Assembly: GCA_050247235.1 (NCBI GenBank)
Contig: JBFWUN010000003.1
Location: 13,171 to 77,170 of the forward strand
Source of the DNA: Gammaproteobacteria bacterium
GTDB lineage: Bacteria > Pseudomonadota > Gammaproteobacteria > Ga0077536
DNA length: 64,000 nt
Direction of reading: 5' to 3'
In this document: piece by piece, positions 18,410-28,173 of the stretch
Layout: each line of letters opens with the position of its first letter
Numbering within the stretch: position 1 is the stretch's first letter
Translations under genes and position numbers: made by a program
Notes under the pieces: generated by a model
The model's database searches: none
Told to the model about the DNA's origin: nothing
Seen by the model: only the letters and a program-made list of their open reading frames with translations

Positions 18410-21310
18410 TCACAGCGCTTCGACGTCGAGGCCGAGCGCGTCCATTGTCGCCGCTTCGCCCCGGTGCGTCACTATGCCGACCGCCCCGCGCGCCGGCACC
18501 AGGTACCGCCCGGCGGCCGCGCGCAGATCGGCGTGGGTTATCCCGAGCGCGCGCGACCGGTAGCCGGCGCGGAACTCGGGGGTGCGGCCCTGCTGTGCAC
18601 TGTGAAAGGCATCGATGGCGGCGCCGGCCGGTGAGCGCGGTTTGTCGAGCGTGCGGATCACGCCGAGGATGGATTCCTCGAGCCGTGCCGAATCGGCGTC
18701 CTGCATGAACCAGTCGAGCGCGCGATCGAAATCCGCCAGCGTGTCGGCCAGGCGCGGGTCCCGGTAGGAATAGAAGAAGAAGCAGCCGCTGTCGCTGTCG
18801 AAACTCGCGCCACCGCCGTACGCGCCGCCCTTCTCACGCAGCGCCGCGTGCAGGAAACCGTCGGTCAGGTACCGCGCAAGGACCGACAGCGCCGGGGCGT
18901 CGGGATGACCCTCGGGAACCGCGAGATACGCTTTCGCGCAGAAGTTCACGTCCGCGTTCACGGTCCACGCGGCGGCAGCTGCCGGCGCGATGTCGGGCAG
19001 TCCGAAATGCGTGGCAGCCTCCGCCGGGGGCGCACCCGGCAGTTCGAGCAGGGCGTCGCGCGCCATCGCGATGGCGTCCGCTTCCCCCACCAGCAGTACC
19101 TGCGGCGTGCCCGCGAGCACCCGTTCGCGCAGCCGTCCGAACGTCGCGAACAAGGCGTGGAGGCGCGTCGGATCGGCGTCCGCCGCGGCATCCAGCCGCT
19201 GCACGTCACGCAGGTTCGTCGGGCCGTCCCACAGGTCGTTGAGCCAGCCGCCGCGCGACAGCCCGCGCGCCGCACCGTGCATCGCGAGCTGGTGCCCGCG
19301 ATCGGTCACGCCCATCTCGAGATCCGCGCGGGTCTGCGCGATCAGATCGCGCAGGCGCTCGGTCTCGTCAAAGCGCGCGCCGGCCAGGATCTCCAGCGGG
19401 GTGGTGGTCAGCGCCGCAGCATGGCGGCGCAGACCCTTGGCGGAGACGACCAGCCGGCCGTGGTGCCGGGTCGGATCGGAGAGATGCCCGCGCACGACGG
19501 CGGACGCGGCGAAACTGCCGATCTGCGCGCGCCGCGCCTGGGTCTCCAGGTAGGACTCCTGTCCCATGCCGAGCTCGAGCACCCACGCCGCGAACAGCGG
19601 CAGCGCGGCGAGTTCCTCCGCGTCGAGCGCCGGCAACGCGTAGACCCACTGCGCATGCAGGATGCCGTTGGTGCCGCGCAGGTAGCGGGTCACGTGGCGG
19701 CCGCCCACGACGTCGGTCGTGCCGGTGACCGGTGCGATGCCCGCGGGCACGTCGGCGAGCGTGATGCGCGGCAGGAGATCGGGATCGTCGTGGCGTGCCT
19801 GGCGCTCGGCGAGCGCCGCCGCCTGGTGTGCGAGCTCCGCGCGATGCGCCGCGTCCAGGGTCGCGGCGAGTGCCGCGAGGCGCGCCCGCTCAGCCGCCTG
19901 CTCCGCGTCACGCTTGTGGAGATCCGGTGTCATCGTCACGCGCACCCGGTGCGGATTGTCCAGCAGCAGCCGGCGCAGCAGCGTCCTGAACCAGCCGGGA
20001 TCGGCCGCTTCCTCGCGGAGCGTCGCGAGCAGCGCGTCGATGTCGAGCAGGGAGACCGGGTCCGCGCGATGCATCGCGCCCGGCAGCATCCGGGTCATCA
20101 GCTGCAGACCGTACGGAAAATGATCGCCGCTGATGTCACGTTGGGCCATCTCCAGGCGGTCGAGCGCCGCGTCCAGCATCGTGCGCGGCACGCCGTCACG
20201 TGCGAGATCACCGAGCAGCGCGAGGATGTCGGTCTCGAGGCGCCCGGCATGCGACGCTTCGGTCCCTTCCACGCCGCACAGGAACGCGAGCTGCCGCGCC
20301 GAGTCGTCGAGGCCGCAGAGCTCGGACGGTGCCTTTGCATACGGCGTCGTTTCGAGGTAGTGGCGCAGCGGGGACGCGCTGTGTTCGAGCAGCACGCCGG
20401 ACAGCAGGTGTGCTTCGAGCAGGGTGCGCGGATCGGTGGCTTCGCCCAGCAGCCAGCCCCAGACCACGTGGGTCGTGTCCGCGAGATCGCCCGGGCCGTC
20501 CACCGCGTAGGTGGTCGTCACGTGGCGCGGCGCCCCGAGGCGCGGCTGTCCCTGGCTGACGATGATCTGATCGCTGCGCGCAAAGCGCGCGAGCGCGAGC
20601 GCCTCGAAGCGGGCCTGGTGTTCGAGCACGGGGAAGTTGCCGTAGGTGATGAATACCGCCTGGCTCGGATGGTAGTGGCGCGCGTGGAACGCCTTCAGCT
20701 GCGCGTGCGTGAGTGACGGGATCTCGGCCGGATCTCCGCCGCTGTTGAAACGGTACGGCGTATCGGGGAACAGCGCAGCCTGTACGTGCTGCCAGAGCTG
20801 CGCCACCGGCGAACTCATCGCGCCCTTCATCTCGTTGTAGACCACGCCCTTGTAGACGAGCGCGGCCTCCCGATCGGCATCGGCCAGTTCCACGCGACAG
20901 CCTTCCTGCGCGAAATCGAGCGGATCGAGGTTCGGGAAGAACACGGCATCCAGGTAGATCGCGAGCAGGTTGTCGAAATCCTTGCGGTTGCGGGTCGCGA
21001 ACGGGTAAGCCGTGCTGTCGCTGCCGGTGAACGCGTTCATGAACGTGTTGAGCGAACGCCGCAACATCATGAAGAACGGGTCACGGACCGGGTAGCGCCG
21101 GCTGCCGCACAGTGCGGTGTGCTCGAGGATGTGGGCGACGCCGGTGGAATCACCCGGGATCGTCGGAAACGCAACGAGAAAGGCGTTGTTGTCGTCGTCG
21201 GCGGCCAGGTGGAAATGGCGCGCGCCGGTGGCGACGTGGTGGTATGCCTGGACCTCGATCCGGAGCGAGTCGATGCGCCGCACGCCGTCCAATGTGAAAG
21301 CCGATGTCAT
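18410..21310 (-). CDS. M16C-family zinc metallopeptidase (presequence-protease/PreP-like)
   Basis: 966 aa. HILEH inverted zincin motif (HxxEH) near the N-terminus. Length and architecture match M16C. Confidence 0.9.
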   Translation of the reverse strand: MTSAFTLDGVRRIDSLRIEVQAYHHVATGARHFHLAADDDNNAFLVAFPTIPGDSTGVAHILEHTALCGSRRYPVRDPFFMMLRRSLNTFMNAFTGSDSTAYPFATRNRKDFDNLLAIYLDAVFFPNLDPLDFAQEGCRVELADADREAALVYKGVVYNEMKGAMSSPVAQLWQHVQAALFPDTPYRFNSGGDPAEIPSLTHAQLKAFHARHYHPSQAVFITYGNFPVLEHQARFEALALARFARSDQIIVSQGQPRLGAPRHVTTTYAVDGPGDLADTTHVVWGWLLGEATDPRTLLEAHLLSGVLLEHSASPLRHYLETTPYAKAPSELCGLDDSARQLAFLCGVEGTEASHAGRLETDILALLGDLARDGVPRTMLDAALDRLEMAQRDISGDHFPYGLQLMTRMLPGAMHRADPVSLLDIDALLATLREEAADPGWFRTLLRRLLLDNPHRVRVTMTPDLHKRDAEQAAERARLAALAATLDAAHRAELAHQAAALAERQARHDDPDLLPRITLADVPAGIAPVTGTTDVVGGRHVTRYLRGTNGILHAQWVYALPALDAEELAALPLFAAWVLELGMGQESYLETQARRAQIGSFAASAVVRGHLSDPTRHHGRLVVSAKGLRRHAAALTTTPLEILAGARFDETERLRDLIAQTRADLEMGVTDRGHQLAMHGAARGLSRGGWLNDLWDGPTNLRDVQRLDAAADADPTRLHALFATFGRLRERVLAGTPQVLLVGEADAIAMARDALLELPGAPPAEAATHFGLPDIAPAAAAAWTVNADVNFCAKAYLAVPEGHPDAPALSVLARYLTDGFLHAALREKGGAYGGGASFDSDSGCFFFYSYRDPRLADTLADFDRALDWFMQDADSARLEESILGVIRTLDKPRSPAGAAIDAFHSAQQGRTPEFRAGYRSRALGITHADLRAAAGRYLVPARGAVGIVTHRGEAATMDALGLDVEAL

Positions 21311-21425
21311 GTCGAACCTCGCAAATCAATCCGCAGTTTCGAATTCCGGGCAATCGCCGTCCGCGCCGGCGGCTTGGCGCGGCACACGGCAGGCCCCGAC
21401 CATGCGCTGCGTCCCGTCCAGTTGG

Positions 21426-22121
21426 TCAGCGCGCGCGCGCGATGGTTCGGAGCGCCGCGCGCAGGTCACCCAGGTGCGCGATCTCGGCGGCGGGGCGGCG
21501 ATGGGCCGGGGGCCATGGCCGCGCGTGCCGGTTGACCCAGACCGCCGCCACCGCCGCACGGTGCGCACCCTCGACGTCGTGGAGCGGTTCGTCGCCCACG
21601 TGCACCATCGCGGAGGGTGGCACGCCGGCGCGGGCGCCGGCTGCCTCGAACATCGCGGGATCCGGCTTGCTGGTGCCCGTGTCCGCCGGCGCGAGACAGA
21701 ACTCGAAGTAGTGCGCGACGCCGGCCTGCCGGAGATCCGTGTTGCCGTTCGTGATCGCGGCGAGCCGGAACTCCGCGGCGAGCGCGCGCAAGGTCGCATC
21801 CACTTCCGGGTACAGCGCCACGGTGCTGCGCGCCCGCAGGAACGTCGCGACGCCGTCGCGCGCGGCGGCGGGATCGTAGCCGTGCGCCGCGAGCAACCGG
21901 GACAACGCGGCGAGACGCAACGCGGTGAAATCGTGGCGAAGCGCCGGATCCGCCGCCGCGAGCTGCCGCCGATAGGCCGCGAGTTCGGCGATTCCGTAGC
22001 GGGCGGCCACCTTGGGGGCATGCGCGGAAATCCAGGCGTACTGCACTTCGTCGGCGCGCCGGAGCACCGGCCCGGCATCCCACAGCGTATCGTCCAGGTC
22101 GAAGGTCACGAGCTCGATCAC
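21426..22121 (-). CDS. HAD-superfamily hydrolase (subfamily IA)
   Basis: FDLDDTLW motif I right after the proposed GTG start, and a SKPDP motif. Start uncertain: the ORF track extends to 22154. Confidence 0.7.
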   Translation of the reverse strand: MIELVTFDLDDTLWDAGPVLRRADEVQYAWISAHAPKVAARYGIAELAAYRRQLAAADPALRHDFTALRLAALSRLLAAHGYDPAAARDGVATFLRARSTVALYPEVDATLRALAAEFRLAAITNGNTDLRQAGVAHYFEFCLAPADTGTSKPDPAMFEAAGARAGVPPSAMVHVGDEPLHDVEGAHRAAVAAVWVNRHARPWPPAHRRPAAEIAHLGDLRAALRTIARAR

Positions 22122-22196
22122 GTGCGCAGCATACCGCACGGGGCGCGTGGGCACGCGCTACAATGCGCGCCGGCGGCAAATCCCGGAGAACGGCGC

Positions 22197-22679
22197 ATGC
22201 CTTCGTTCGACATCGTGTCCGAAGTGGACCTCCACGAACTCACCAACGCGGTGGACCAGTCCAATCGCGAGATTGCGAACCGGTTCGATTTCAAGGGCAC
22301 GGGCGCCAAGGTCGAGCAGAACGCCCACGTGATGACGATCACCGCGCAGACGGATTTCCAGGTGAAGCAGGTCCTCGAGATCCTGCGGCTGAAGATCGCG
22401 AAGCGCGGGATCGACGTCGCCTGCCTCGAGGACGGTCCGCTGCACGTCGCGCTGAACGAGGCGCGCCAGACGCTGACGGCGCGCCACGGGCTGGACAAGG
22501 AGATCGGCAGGAAGGTCGTGAAGTTCATCAAGGACGGCGGCCAGAAGGTGCAGGCCCAGATCCAGGACGAGCAGGTGCGGGTGACTGGCAAGAAGCGCGA
22601 CGACCTGCAGGCCGTGATCGCGGCGCTGCGCGGTGCGAGCCTCGGCATGCCGCTGCAGTTCACGAACTTCCGGGACTGA
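22197..22679 (+). CDS. yajQ: YajQ-family (UPF0234) nucleotide / cyclic-di-GMP-binding protein
   Basis: 160 aa, MPSFDIVSEVDLHELTNAVDQSNREIANRFDFKG... SD GGAGAA 7 nt upstream. TACAAT -10-like box at 22159-22164. The ORF track N-terminal extension (from 21117) is rejected. Confidence 0.85.
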   Translation: MPSFDIVSEVDLHELTNAVDQSNREIANRFDFKGTGAKVEQNAHVMTITAQTDFQVKQVLEILRLKIAKRGIDVACLEDGPLHVALNEARQTLTARHGLDKEIGRKVVKFIKDGGQKVQAQIQDEQVRVTGKKRDDLQAVIAALRGASLGMPLQFTNFRD

Positions 22680-22692
22680 GCCCGGTTCGCCG

Positions 22693-22884
22693 GTGGCCGC
22701 GCTCGAGGAGCATTTCTACGCCTGCCCGTACTGCGGAGAACGCATTTCGAGCCTGCTCGATCCCGCGCAGTCCCTGCAACGCTACATCGAGGACTGCGAG
22801 GTCTGCTGCCGGCCGATCGAGCTCGAGTTCGCGTGGGACGGCGATGAGCTCGCGTATTTCGTCGCCCGTACCCAGGACGACTGA
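22693..22884 (+). CDS. CPXCG-related small zinc-finger protein
   Basis: EEHFYACPYCGERISSLLD...CEVCCRPIEL, matching the CPXCG zinc-finger family. Probable GTG start. Confidence 0.6.
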   Translation: MAALEEHFYACPYCGERISSLLDPAQSLQRYIEDCEVCCRPIELEFAWDGDELAYFVARTQDD

Positions 22885-22889
22885 CCGTC

Positions 22890-23234
22890 ATGCACGACGC
22901 ACTGCTCCTGCTCGGGATCGCGGGCGCCGCGGCCGGGGTGTGGTACTGGAGCGTGGCCGGGCGCGAACGGGTGCTCGCCATCAGCGCCGAGATCTGTCGC
23001 GATCTCGATGTGCAGCGGCTGGATGATTCGGTGGCGCTGCGCGGCGTGAAATGGCGGCGCGGCGCGGTGGGCGTGATCGAACGGCGCTACGAATTCGAAT
23101 TCAGCACCAACGGCCTCGATCGACGGCGCGGCGAGGTGGTGCTGCACGGTCTCGTCCTGCTGCGCGCGTCACTGGAGCTGCCGGACGGTCCACTCCTCAT
23201 CGACGTGGCCGCGGGCGCGCCCCGCGACGCCTGA
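22890..23234 (+). CDS. DUF3301-like small membrane protein
   Basis: 114 aa with an N-terminal TM helix. Characteristically paired with a CPXCG zinc-finger gene. Confidence 0.6.
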   Translation: MHDALLLLGIAGAAAGVWYWSVAGRERVLAISAEICRDLDVQRLDDSVALRGVKWRRGAVGVIERRYEFEFSTNGLDRRRGEVVLHGLVLLRASLELPDGPLLIDVAAGAPRDA

Positions 23235-23315
23235 ACCGCCCGGTGCAGGCGCGCGTTCTGCCCGGCTTGGACCCGGACGAACCGGCCTGCAGCCGGCTGG
23301 CTGCCAAGGGTGGCG

Positions 23316-26300
23316 TCAGTCGTCGTCGCGCAGCCGCGCGGCGAGTTCCTCGATCAGCGCCTGGTCATGCGCCTTCGCAGCGCTCCGCGCCGCCTGCGCG
23401 CGCTGCTTGATGCGCTCGATGTGTGCCTTCTGGTTCGCGAAGACGCGCTTGGAGGCCTCGCCGCCCGTCGAATCCTCCTGCTCGCGCAGCCATGCTTCGA
23501 TCTCCTGTTCGAAGCGGGCGCGGGAGGCGGTCTCTTCCTGGCGGTGATTTTCGAGGTTCTGCAGGTTGCGCGCCGCCGCGGCCTGCACGCGCAGCCGTGC
23601 CGCCTCGGCTGCTGCCGCCTGCGCCCGCGCTTCGTTGACTTCGGCCTCGATCGCGGCGGCATCCACCGCGAGCTGCGCTTCCCGCGCGGTGTGCTGGGCG
23701 CCGTCGCGCATGCGCGCCACCTGCGCCTCGCGCAGCTGGCTCTCGAGCTTGCCCTGCAGGGCGAGCGCCTGCTCCTGCGCGCGCTGCGCGTCCGCCAGTG
23801 CCGCGCGCAGCTCGGAGGCCTCGCTTTCGAGCCGCTCGCGCTCGAGTCGCAGTTTCTCCTCTTCGCGCTCGCGCAGCTGCTGATGTGACTGCTTGTACTC
23901 CTGGATGATGCGCTCGGCTTCTTCCGCGGCGGCGACTCTCGCGGCTTCCGCGGCCGCCTTCTCGCGCCGGGCCCGCTCCAGTTCCTCCGCGTTGCGCGCG
24001 AACTCGGCTTCGAGCTTGCGTCGCTCGCCATCCACCTTGGACTGGATCTCGTCGCGCAGCTTGCGCTCGAGTTCGAGCTGGCGCTGCTGCCGCGCCTCGG
24101 CGTCCCGCGCGCTCTCGGCGCGCGCATGCTCCACTTCGACCTGCAGCCGCTTGGCCTCGGCCAGCCGCTTCAACGCCTCTTCCGATTCCAGCTTCAGCCG
24201 TTCTCGCTCCTGCGTGAGCTGCTGCTCCGCCTCTTCCTTCATGCGCTGGAGACGCGCGAGTTCCTCGGCCTGCCACGCGTAGCTCTCTTCGAGCTTGCGT
24301 TCCTCCTCGCGCAGGCGGCGCTCGGCTTCCTCGCGCATGCGCTGGATCTGCTCTTCCTCGGCGAGGCGTCGCGCGGCGGCTTCGTCCTCGGCGCGGCGCT
24401 TTTCCTCTTCGATCTGAGACTTCAGGCGTTGCGCTTCTTCCCAGGTGCGCTGCGCGCGGGCGGCTTCCTCGGCCAGGCGCACCTGTTCTTCGGCGAGTTT
24501 GCGCGCCGAGTCCTGTTCCACCGCAATGCGTGCCGCCTCGGCTTCTTCGCGCATGCGCTGTGCACGCTCGACTTCCGCGTTGGCCGCCTGGATTTCGGCC
24601 AGCGCCTCGGCACGCCGGGCCTCGGCCTCCTGTTCGGCCTGCTGGCGTTCGCGTTCGGCCTGCGCCTTCAGCGCCTGTGCCTCCTCGAACGCCCGGCGTG
24701 CGCGTTCGGCTTCGTCCGCGATCCGCGTCTGTTCCTCGCGGATCCGCGCCTCGGCTTCCCGGGCCAGGTGTTCGCGGGCGGCCTGGTTCTCGGCTTTCAG
24801 CCGCTCCGCCTCTTCCAGCGCCTCCCGCATCCGCCGCGCTTCCTCCGCGAGCTGCGCCTGCTGCTCGCGGCTCCGCGCTTCGTTCTCGGCCTTGATCCGC
24901 TGGGCTTCCTCGAACGCCAGGCGAGCGGCTTCCGCGTCGGCGGCCAGCCGCGCCTGTTCTTCGCGCAGCTTCGCCTCGACTTCGCGGGTGGCGTGCTGGC
25001 GGGCGACCTCCGCCTCGGCCTTGATCCGCTCCGCTTCCTCGAGCGCCTCGTGCATGCGCTGCGCCTCGCGCGCGAGCTGATCCTGCTGTTCGCGCAGCGC
25101 CGCCTCCGACGCGGCCTTCAGACGCTCCGCTTCCTCGACGGCGGCCCGCGCACGCTCCGCTTCGCGCGCGATGCGCGCCTGTTCCTCGCGCAGCCGATCC
25201 TCCGCTTCGCGTGCGAGCCGGGCCTGCTCTTCCTGCAGCCGGGACTCGGCCTCGCGTGCGACGTGCTCGCGCATGGCCTCGGCTTCGGCCTTGACCCGCT
25301 GGGCCTCCTCGAGCGCGCGTCGCGCGTGCTCCGTCTCGGCAGCCAGCCGGTCCTGTTCCTCGCGCAGGCGCGCGTCGGCCTCGCGCGCCAGAGCGTCGCG
25401 CGCGGCTTCCGCTTCGGCCTTCAGCCGCTGGGTCTCCTCCCACGCGATCCGCGCCCGCGCCGCCTCGGCCTCGATCCGCGCCTGTTCCTCGCGCAGGCGC
25501 GCTTCGGCATCCTGCTGCATGTCGCGCCGCGCCGCTTCGACCTCGGCCTGCAGGCGACGCGCTTCCTCGAGCTGATGCGCGACGAGCTCCGCTTCCTCGA
25601 CCTCGCGCTCGCGCAACCGCGCCGCATTCGCCTCGGCCGCCCGCTGTTCGGTTTCGAGACGGGTGCGCAGCGCGGTCGCCTCGGCGGCGAGCGCCAGGCG
25701 TGTCTGTTCCGCCTCCGCCGCCAGCTTGGCCTTCTCGGCGGCCAGGCGTTCGCGGAGCTCGGTTTCCATCTGCGCGCGCGCCGCCTCGGCCTCCTGCCGC
25801 AGCCGCAGCGCCTCCGCGACTTTCTCGTTCGCCTCGCGAAGCTCTGCCGACTCCTGTTCGCGGACGCGCTCGGTCTGCGCGAGCGCCCGCAGCTTCTCTT
25901 CCTCGACCTGGGCCTTCAGCCGGCGCGCATGCTCGAGTGCCTGCCGGGCCTTCTCGGCATCCAGCGCCAACCGGGCGCGTTCGGCGTCGAGCTGGGACCT
26001 GGCGCGCTGCTCGGCTTCCACCCGGGCCTTCTCGGCCTGTTCCTTCAGCTTGCGCGCTTCCTCGAGCTGGATGTTCGCGCGCGCGAGCTCGGCCTTCAGC
26101 GCCTGCGCCCGCAGATCGGCGTCCAGCGGATCGGACGCCGGGGCCTCGGTGCGGGGCAGCCCGGCGCGCTCCGTCTCCGAACGCTGCGATGCCGGCACCA
26201 CCGCGCTGACGGGGATCGGGGTTACGACGTCGGTGGCGCGGCGGGCGGTCGGCCGGGTGGGCGCGGGCCTGGCGGGGGTGACTGGCGCGGCGGACGTGCC

Positions 26301-27377
26301 GCCGTTCGCGGTCTTCAGCACACCGTAGCGGGCCATGCCGCCGGCGAGGTAGTGCACGTCGAATCCGCGTTCCGAAAGCAGGAACGCCGCCACCGAGGAC
26401 CGCGAGCCGGTGTCGCAGCACACCACGTAGACTTTCGAGTGGTCCAGCCGCTCGGCGTGCATCCTGAGCGTGTTCAGCGGCAGGTTGAGACTGCCTTCGA
26501 TGCCACCTTCCTTGTGTTCCTCGGGAAACCGCACGTCCAGCCACAGCGCGCCCTGCTGCGCGACGATTCGCAGCGCTTCCTGGTAGGTGACGTCGCTCAG
26601 CAGGGGTTTCTTGATGAGCTCGACGAAGTCGTTCTTCGTCAGCCGCATGAGGACGCCTGCCGAAAGCATCACGACGGTCGCGTTGCGTCGCGCGTCTGCG
26701 ACCAGCGCTTCCTCGCCGAACGTGTCCCCGGGACCAAGCGTCGCGAGCTTGATCGGCGTCTTGCCCGACGCGATCTGGCGGCTCACCTGGCAGCGCCCCT
26801 GCTGTATCACGTAGTAGTAGTCGCCGACGTCCCCCTGCTTGACGACGACGTCGCCAGCCTTGAGTTCGATCGGTTCGAGGCTCGAGAAGATGCGCTGGAT
26901 GTTCGCCGCGGGCACCCGGCTGAACAGCTCCGACTGGAGCATGCGGGTCATCCAGTCGCCATCGTCCTCGGCCTCGATCTCGCTGACCCGCACCTCGTGC
27001 ACTTCGCTGACGCCGTCGAGCGCGAGCAGCTTGTCGAGCAGGTCGCGGCTCACGCGCAGCACGTTGACGTCGCTGACGGCCCGCGCGGAGAGCTGTCTCG
27101 GTTGCAGCTGGGCGAGCGGATGGACGGCGTCGGCCGTGCCGCCGACCAGCCGCTTCACGAGCTGCTGGCCGGAAAAGAGTTCGAGTCCGCCCTCGAGCAG
27201 GAAGAACGTGTTCTCGTCGCGGTCGCCTTCGTGGAAGACGTAATTGCCGCGCCGGAAACTCAGCACTTCGGCCTGCGCGAACAACTGCTGCCGCCGCGGC
27301 ACCGACAGGCCGTTGAGTGGCACCAGCATGCGCAGGACCTGCGCGAATTTCTCTTCGATGGCCACTGAGGCACTCAT
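23316..27377 (-). CDS. Giant cytoplasmic protein: 2x cyclic-nucleotide-binding (CAP effector) domains + rhodanese domain + ~900-aa Ala/Glu/Arg-rich repetitive coiled coil
   Basis: 1353-aa ORF. cNMP domains: FHEGDRDENTFFLLEGGLEL... and GPGDTFGEEALV...RNATVV. Rhodanese domain with active-site Cys (VVCCDTGSRS). Pro/Thr-rich linker. Then degenerate tandem ~75-aa (43+32) units of type EEAxRxKAEAEAAREHLAREAEARLREEQARLA. No TM segments. Confidence 0.85.
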   Translation of the reverse strand: MSASVAIEEKFAQVLRMLVPLNGLSVPRRQQLFAQAEVLSFRRGNYVFHEGDRDENTFFLLEGGLELFSGQQLVKRLVGGTADAVHPLAQLQPRQLSARAVSDVNVLRVSRDLLDKLLALDGVSEVHEVRVSEIEAEDDGDWMTRMLQSELFSRVPAANIQRIFSSLEPIELKAGDVVVKQGDVGDYYYVIQQGRCQVSRQIASGKTPIKLATLGPGDTFGEEALVADARRNATVVMLSAGVLMRLTKNDFVELIKKPLLSDVTYQEALRIVAQQGALWLDVRFPEEHKEGGIEGSLNLPLNTLRMHAERLDHSKVYVVCCDTGSRSSVAAFLLSERGFDVHYLAGGMARYGVLKTANGGTSAAPVTPARPAPTRPTARRATDVVTPIPVSAVVPASQRSETERAGLPRTEAPASDPLDADLRAQALKAELARANIQLEEARKLKEQAEKARVEAEQRARSQLDAERARLALDAEKARQALEHARRLKAQVEEEKLRALAQTERVREQESAELREANEKVAEALRLRQEAEAARAQMETELRERLAAEKAKLAAEAEQTRLALAAEATALRTRLETEQRAAEANAARLREREVEEAELVAHQLEEARRLQAEVEAARRDMQQDAEARLREEQARIEAEAARARIAWEETQRLKAEAEAARDALAREADARLREEQDRLAAETEHARRALEEAQRVKAEAEAMREHVAREAESRLQEEQARLAREAEDRLREEQARIAREAERARAAVEEAERLKAASEAALREQQDQLAREAQRMHEALEEAERIKAEAEVARQHATREVEAKLREEQARLAADAEAARLAFEEAQRIKAENEARSREQQAQLAEEARRMREALEEAERLKAENQAAREHLAREAEARIREEQTRIADEAERARRAFEEAQALKAQAERERQQAEQEAEARRAEALAEIQAANAEVERAQRMREEAEAARIAVEQDSARKLAEEQVRLAEEAARAQRTWEEAQRLKSQIEEEKRRAEDEAAARRLAEEEQIQRMREEAERRLREEERKLEESYAWQAEELARLQRMKEEAEQQLTQERERLKLESEEALKRLAEAKRLQVEVEHARAESARDAEARQQRQLELERKLRDEIQSKVDGERRKLEAEFARNAEELERARREKAAAEAARVAAAEEAERIIQEYKQSHQQLREREEEKLRLERERLESEASELRAALADAQRAQEQALALQGKLESQLREAQVARMRDGAQHTAREAQLAVDAAAIEAEVNEARAQAAAAEAARLRVQAAAARNLQNLENHRQEETASRARFEQEIEAWLREQEDSTGGEASKRVFANQKAHIERIKQRAQAARSAAKAHDQALIEELAARLRDDD
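24380..25460. repeat. Degenerate in-frame tandem coding repeats (~225-bp period) inside the coiled-coil region of the giant gene; coordinates approximate
   Basis: Periodicity inferred from the protein (alternating 43- and 32-aa units). It produces stop-free antisense and off-frame ORFs, e.g. the 1080-aa plus-strand shadow ORF at 24126..27368. Confidence 0.45.
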
Positions 27378-27519
27378 GGAGACAGCCAGCCCAGGTTGAT
27401 ACTCGCAGGGATCAGAAGCGGCGGCATCGTGCCGTCAGGCGCAATTAAAGCAGTACCGATCTGGTTCTGCCGTGCGGCTGCGGGGTCTTTGTGATAGCGG
27501 TCACGCATTCTTTTTCCCA

Positions 27520-27550
27520 GTCGATTCACCGGGATGGCCGGTGAATCGAC
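27520..27550. promoter_or_regulatory. Perfect 13-bp inverted repeat GTCGATTCACCGG-N5-CCGGTGAATCGAC in the region upstream of the giant gene and the divergent DUF465 gene; candidate operator
   Basis: Verified directly. No flanking U-run on either strand, so it is not a canonical terminator. Confidence 0.35.
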
Positions 27551-27833
27551 GCGCGTATCGGCGACCGGCGCGGCCTCTGCAGCGGCGTGCTGAGCGCTGC
27601 GTCACAGCCTCGAGCCAGGCTGTGGTCCGGCCAGTCCCTGGCGGATGTCGGGCGTTGGATTCCGTGACGGATTATACGCACCCGCCCCGGCACGGCGAGG
27701 GTTCCTGGTCCGGCGGACGCGGTGGCCGGGTCCGGGGCGAGGCGTGCCGATGGGGGGAGGCCGGGAATGGGCGTAGAATGACCGCCCACGCGACAGGGCC
27801 GCTCCAGGCCCGCGCGAACGGGCGGGGACCTGG

Positions 27834-28040
27834 GTGAGCGACACCGAACACACATCGATCGCGCGGCGACTGTTCGATCTCGAGGCGCAGCATCGCGACC
27901 TCGATGAAGTCGTCGCGCATCTGACCGAGTCCGCGCGCGGCGACGAACTCCTGATCAGGCGCCTGAAGAAACGCAAGCTCCAGCTCAAGGACCAGATCGC
28001 GAAGCTGCGCAGCGCGCTCATTCCCGATCTCGACGCCTGA
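27834..28040 (+). CDS. DUF465/YdcH-like small coiled-coil protein
   Basis: 68 aa. GTG start with a GGGGA SD upstream. Confidence 0.6.
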   Translation: MSDTEHTSIARRLFDLEAQHRDLDEVVAHLTESARGDELLIRRLKKRKLQLKDQIAKLRSALIPDLDA

Positions 28041-28173
28041 TCTCCGACGCCCGCGAGAACAGGTCCTGGCGTGCGGCGTCGTCCCCGGGTGCGGGGCCCC
28101 GACGACGGCACGTGCCTTCGCGACAGGCCGGGCACGCGGCAGCATGACCGCGTACCGGCGATCGCCCCGTCAA

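Noticed and set aside
18848-22679. 622-aa plus ORF antisense to the M16 peptidase and 520-aa extended YajQ ORF
   Set aside because: Antisense shadow, and an in-frame 5' extension across the divergent HAD gene. YajQ starts at 22197 with a proper SD.
23354-26544. 257-aa and 1059-aa minus-strand ORFs overlapping the giant gene in other frames
   Set aside because: Arg/Gly/Ala-rich off-frame translations of the same repetitive region; not independent genes.
24126-27368. 1080-aa ORF on the plus strand
   Set aside because: Antisense shadow of the giant minus-strand gene. Its Leu/Arg/Phe/Gln-rich low-complexity translation is the complement reading of GAG/GCG/CGC-rich repeats.
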